A stretch of DNA of 64,000 bases. Origin: Narcine bancroftii (Eukaryota). Numbering within the stretch: position 1 is the stretch's first letter; every line of letters begins with the position of its first letter. The notes under the pieces were generated by a model. The model saw nothing but the letters and a program-made list of their open reading frames with translations. It was not told the origin of the DNA and did no database searches. The position numbers were made by a program, and so were the translations under genes. The stretch is from contig NC_091481.1 in the NCBI RefSeq assembly GCF_036971445.1, positions 13,888,001 to 13,952,000 of the forward strand, in the 5' to 3' direction. Of this stretch, positions 60,288 to 64,000 are shown in pieces.

Positions 60288-61584
60288 GCATGTTGAGGCA
60301 TCAACAAAGGTCCATCATTGTGCAATGAGAGAGAAACCAAAACTTAACTGTGTCACAGGGAAGAGTCCCATAAACTTTGAATAAAGTCTTAGGGGAGGTG
60401 GGGGGGGGGCATAGCCGAAAAAAGTTTGAGAGTGGCTGTGTTAGATCTCTTTGGAAGGACAAACCAAGGTAGGACATGCACTGTAAATATGCGAGAGTAA
60501 CATTACAAGGGGAGTAAAAAAAAATCAGTGAGAGATGAACAGTACATGGAAGTGAGATTAGTAACGGTTTGCAAGAAATTATCACATGAAGTGAGTAATA
60601 GTGCAGGCATGAAGTTTCCAGAGAGATTAGTACAATAAGAGTGAAGGAATTTAGAAATGACCACACAGGGCAATAAACACATGCCCCTTCTAAATCTTCC
60701 CTCACAATCTGATCTGATCCTGGATCCAATTGCCTAAATTCCCATTCCCATTCCAGTTAACTCAGCTCCAATTTAATCACGTCCAGGGTTTAAAATCCCC
60801 CCCCCCCCCCTCTCACTAGTCCCTTCCACAACTCCATCAGGCTCTTAATCCATTACAGAATTGTAGTTTACTGTCACAGATGTCCCCTCAAACTGGGTTC
60901 CAGTCCTGGAAGAAACAGTTCTGGATTTAATTTATGGAGAAGCAATAAATCTTTGAAATACAGGCTGAGTCGCCACATCCTTGACTTTCAAAATAATATA
61001 GCACAGGGGCCAGTCCTTATCATATAACCATATAACCGTTTACAGCGGAAACAGGCTCATTACCCAATCCTCTCCTTCCAGGAAGGTACCTCCTTCAAAT
61101 CAGAAAAGATCAGAGGTGACATCTGGCTGATTCCTCTTTGATGGGGAGATAGATCAATATAACTCTCTCTCCATTGAGGTATGGGCATAGGCCTGGTGGG
61201 CTGCTTTTGTGACAGCTTCAGGAATCTGTGACTGAGGTGTAACAAACCTTTCTGCTTTACATAAATCAGATCCATAGGTGATGGCGAAGCCTGGGAGCTG
61301 TTGGCTCTAACCAGTGAATCTTCTTGCTCAGCCCCTGTGCACTTCACCCTTGTGACTCTGCCCACCTATTAAATCTCCAGCCCTTGCCCTGTCCACTCAT
61401 CCCCTTACAGGCCATGATGCTGTGGTGAACCACTCTGGAAACCAGCTGTCACTCAATACATCTATGCTTATGGCCTCCATTGTAGGCCCCCTGTTGGTAT
61501 CTGCAGTCCTTCCAGTGTTGAACAGGGAGCAACTTGCACGTGCAAGGTTTGAGGTGTTGCAGTTCAATTGGGCCTGCTCAGATA

Positions 61585-62130
61585 GATTTCAGATTTATTG
61601 TCAGAGTACATACATGACATCACATACAACCCTGAGGTTCTTTTATCTGCGGGCATGGCAGAATTACCACTTACTGGTAGCGCAAAAAAAACTGTACACA
61701 ACGTAGACATGTAAACTAATAAAGAAATGTAAACAAACTGCAATACAGAGAGGGGAAAAAAAACAATAAAGTGCAAAAGTCGAGTCTTTAAATGAGTCCC
61801 TGATTGAGTTTGTTGTTGAGGAGTCTGATGATGGAGGGGTAGCAATTGTTCCTGAACCTGGTGGTGCGAGTCTTTTGGCACCTTTTCCTCTTTCCTGATG
61901 GCAGCAGCGAGAACAAAGTGTGTGCTGGTTGGTGTGGATCCGTAATGATTGCTGCTGCTCTCTGACAGTAGCCTTCTCTGTAGATATTCTCAATAATGGG
62001 GAGGGTTTTGCCTGTGATGACCTGGGCTGTGTACACTACATTTTGCAGGGCTTTACGCTCGGGGGTTTTGGTGTCCCCATACCAGACCATGATGCAGCCA
62101 GTCAGCACACTTTCCAGCGCACATAATGGC
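61585..62130 (-). mobile_element. Rex1-like LINE 3' end
   Basis: Peptide ESVLTGCIMVWYG...HTLFSLLPSGKR...TTRFRNNCYP. The 3' UTR matches the element tail at positions 1-190 (plus). Confidence 0.8.
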
Positions 62131-62859
62131 GTAAACATTTATAATTTGCCTTCTGTCGGTTAAAAGATTTACAGATATAGTTTAGAAAGTCTTACCTTAA
62201 AGCCACCTCTGGAATGGCCTATGAGGACTTCCTTTCTCTCTCTATGCCTGCACACTCTACCATGTAAAACTGTTATTGAGGTTCCTGTGGGGAAATGTAA
62301 TTACACCACTAGGTCACCAGAGGTCATCCCAGTGACCTTGTATATAAAGCAGTCCAGAGGTACAGTCTAGCCTTCCAGGTTCATCATCCCGGTGACCTTG
62401 TGATGTAATTACATATCACCACAGTTCCCCTGTCAAACAAGCAGACACACATGTGTTTACTGAATCCTGCAGTCAGAGCATCAAGATCTTGGTCTGCTGT
62501 CCTGCCACTGTCCACATATTGACCATATTTTAAGACACCACAATTTCACTGTAATTGGTGGAGTCCTGGCCAACCAAGAGAAAGGGCTCGCCTAACTAAC
62601 TCTCAGTGAAGTGAGGACAAAGCAAAGGGTTGGGTGAATGGATTGATCAGCAGAAAGAATGTGCCTGATTCAACACAATACAAACAAACAGTGGGCCCAG
62701 ATCATAGAAAAACAACCAATGACAAAACTTACTCTTGGTCTTGCTGACCTCCGTCCTCACAAGCACAGAGACTGTGGGGTCACAGGGATTACAATCAGCC
62801 TTTAGACTCACATTCAACTGTCTATTATTCATCAGCCTGTAAAAATATATATTGAATGA

Positions 62860-64000
62860 ATGAATGAGAGATGAGAATCAGGATTATTTGTCATGAACGA
62901 GTCATGAATTTGGTGTTTTGAGGCAGATTCGTAGTGCAAACATACATATTATCGCCATCTTATGACATTAATGTATAAAAAAATCAATAATAGAGCACGA
63001 AAAGTAAGGCAGAGTCTATGGATCATTCAGGAATCCGATGGCAGTGGGGAAGAAGCTGTCCTGGTGCAGCTGAGTGCTCGTCTTTAGGCTCCCGTACTTT
63101 TTTCCCCAATGGTTTCAGAATGAAGAGGGAATGGCCTGGGTGGTGGGATTCTTTGAGGATAGAGGCTGCTTTTTAAGACACCGCCTCGTGTAGATGTCCT
63201 CGATGGAGTGAAGTCTGGTGCCTGTGATGTCGCAGGCTGAGTTAACAACCCTCTGGAGTTTATTCTTGTCCTGAGAGTTGGTGCCTCCGTACCAGGCACT
63301 GATGCAACCAGCCAGAATGCTTTCCACAGTACACCTGTAGAAGTTTATGAGAGTGTTTGATGACATACTGAATCTCCTCAGACACCTCATAGCATATAGC
63401 TGCTGGCGAGCCTTCTTTGTGATTGCATCAATGTGGAGGCTCCAGGACAGATCCTTGGAGATGTTGACACCAGTAATTTGAAGTTCTTGGCACCCTCCAT
63501 TACTAAGCCCTTGATGAGGACTGGGTCGTGTTCCCCTGATTTCCTCCTGAAGTCCACAATCATCTCCTTGGTTTTGCTGACATTGATCATACAGTTGTTG
63601 TTACACCTTCAACGAGCTGATCTATCTCCCTCCTGTACGCTTCCTCATTGCCGTTTGTGATTCTGTCAACACTGTGGGATCATCGACAAACTTGTAGATA
63701 GCATTGGAATTGTGCCTGACCACATAGTTGTGGGTGCATAATGAGTAGAGCAGTGGGCTGAGCATGCATCCTTGGGGTGCACCTATGTTGATGATCAGTG
63801 AGGAGGAGACGTTGTTTCCAATTCGTACTGACTGTGGTCTTCCGATGAGAAAGCTACAGAGTGGGGTACAGAGGCCTAGCGTTTGTAGTTTCTTGACCTG
63901 CACTGAGAGAATAATGGTATTGAAGGTCAAGCTGTGGTCCATGAAGAGAAGCCGTATGTATGAATTTCTGTTTTCAAGGTGATTCAGAGCAGAGTGGAGA
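62860..64000 (-). mobile_element. Rex1-like LINE, RT and C-terminal region, truncated by the window edge
   Basis: Peptides GAPQGCMLSPLLYSL, IYKFVDD, NVSKTKEMIVDFRR, FYRCTVESILAGCISAWYG; frameshifted. Confidence 0.85.

Overview
Vertebrate genomic DNA. The repeat content (HE1/V-SINE-like SINEs, CR1-, Rex1-, L1- and Penelope-like retroelements) points to a cartilaginous fish; this is an inference. Four spliced protein-coding genes were rebuilt by hand from GT-AG boundaries and reading-frame continuity. (1) The first two coding exons of MAPK8IP2/JIP2 (minus strand, running off the left edge). (2) An intact 4-exon, 172-aa CYTH / class IV adenylate-cyclase-like (CyaB-like) triphosphate tunnel metalloenzyme gene (minus). 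(3) A complete 11-exon CHKB choline/ethanolamine kinase (plus, 419 aa), head-to-head with the CYTH gene across a GC-rich CCAAT/GC-box promoter. (4) A secreted EPN/WND-type C-type lectin (minus, about 171-174 aa), tail-to-tail with CHKB. The most notable observation is the uncharacterised CYTH enzyme sharing a bidirectional promoter with CHKB, at the position where human has only the lncRNA CHKB-DT. Most ORFs in the supplied track are spurious or transposon remnants. No database searches were run.
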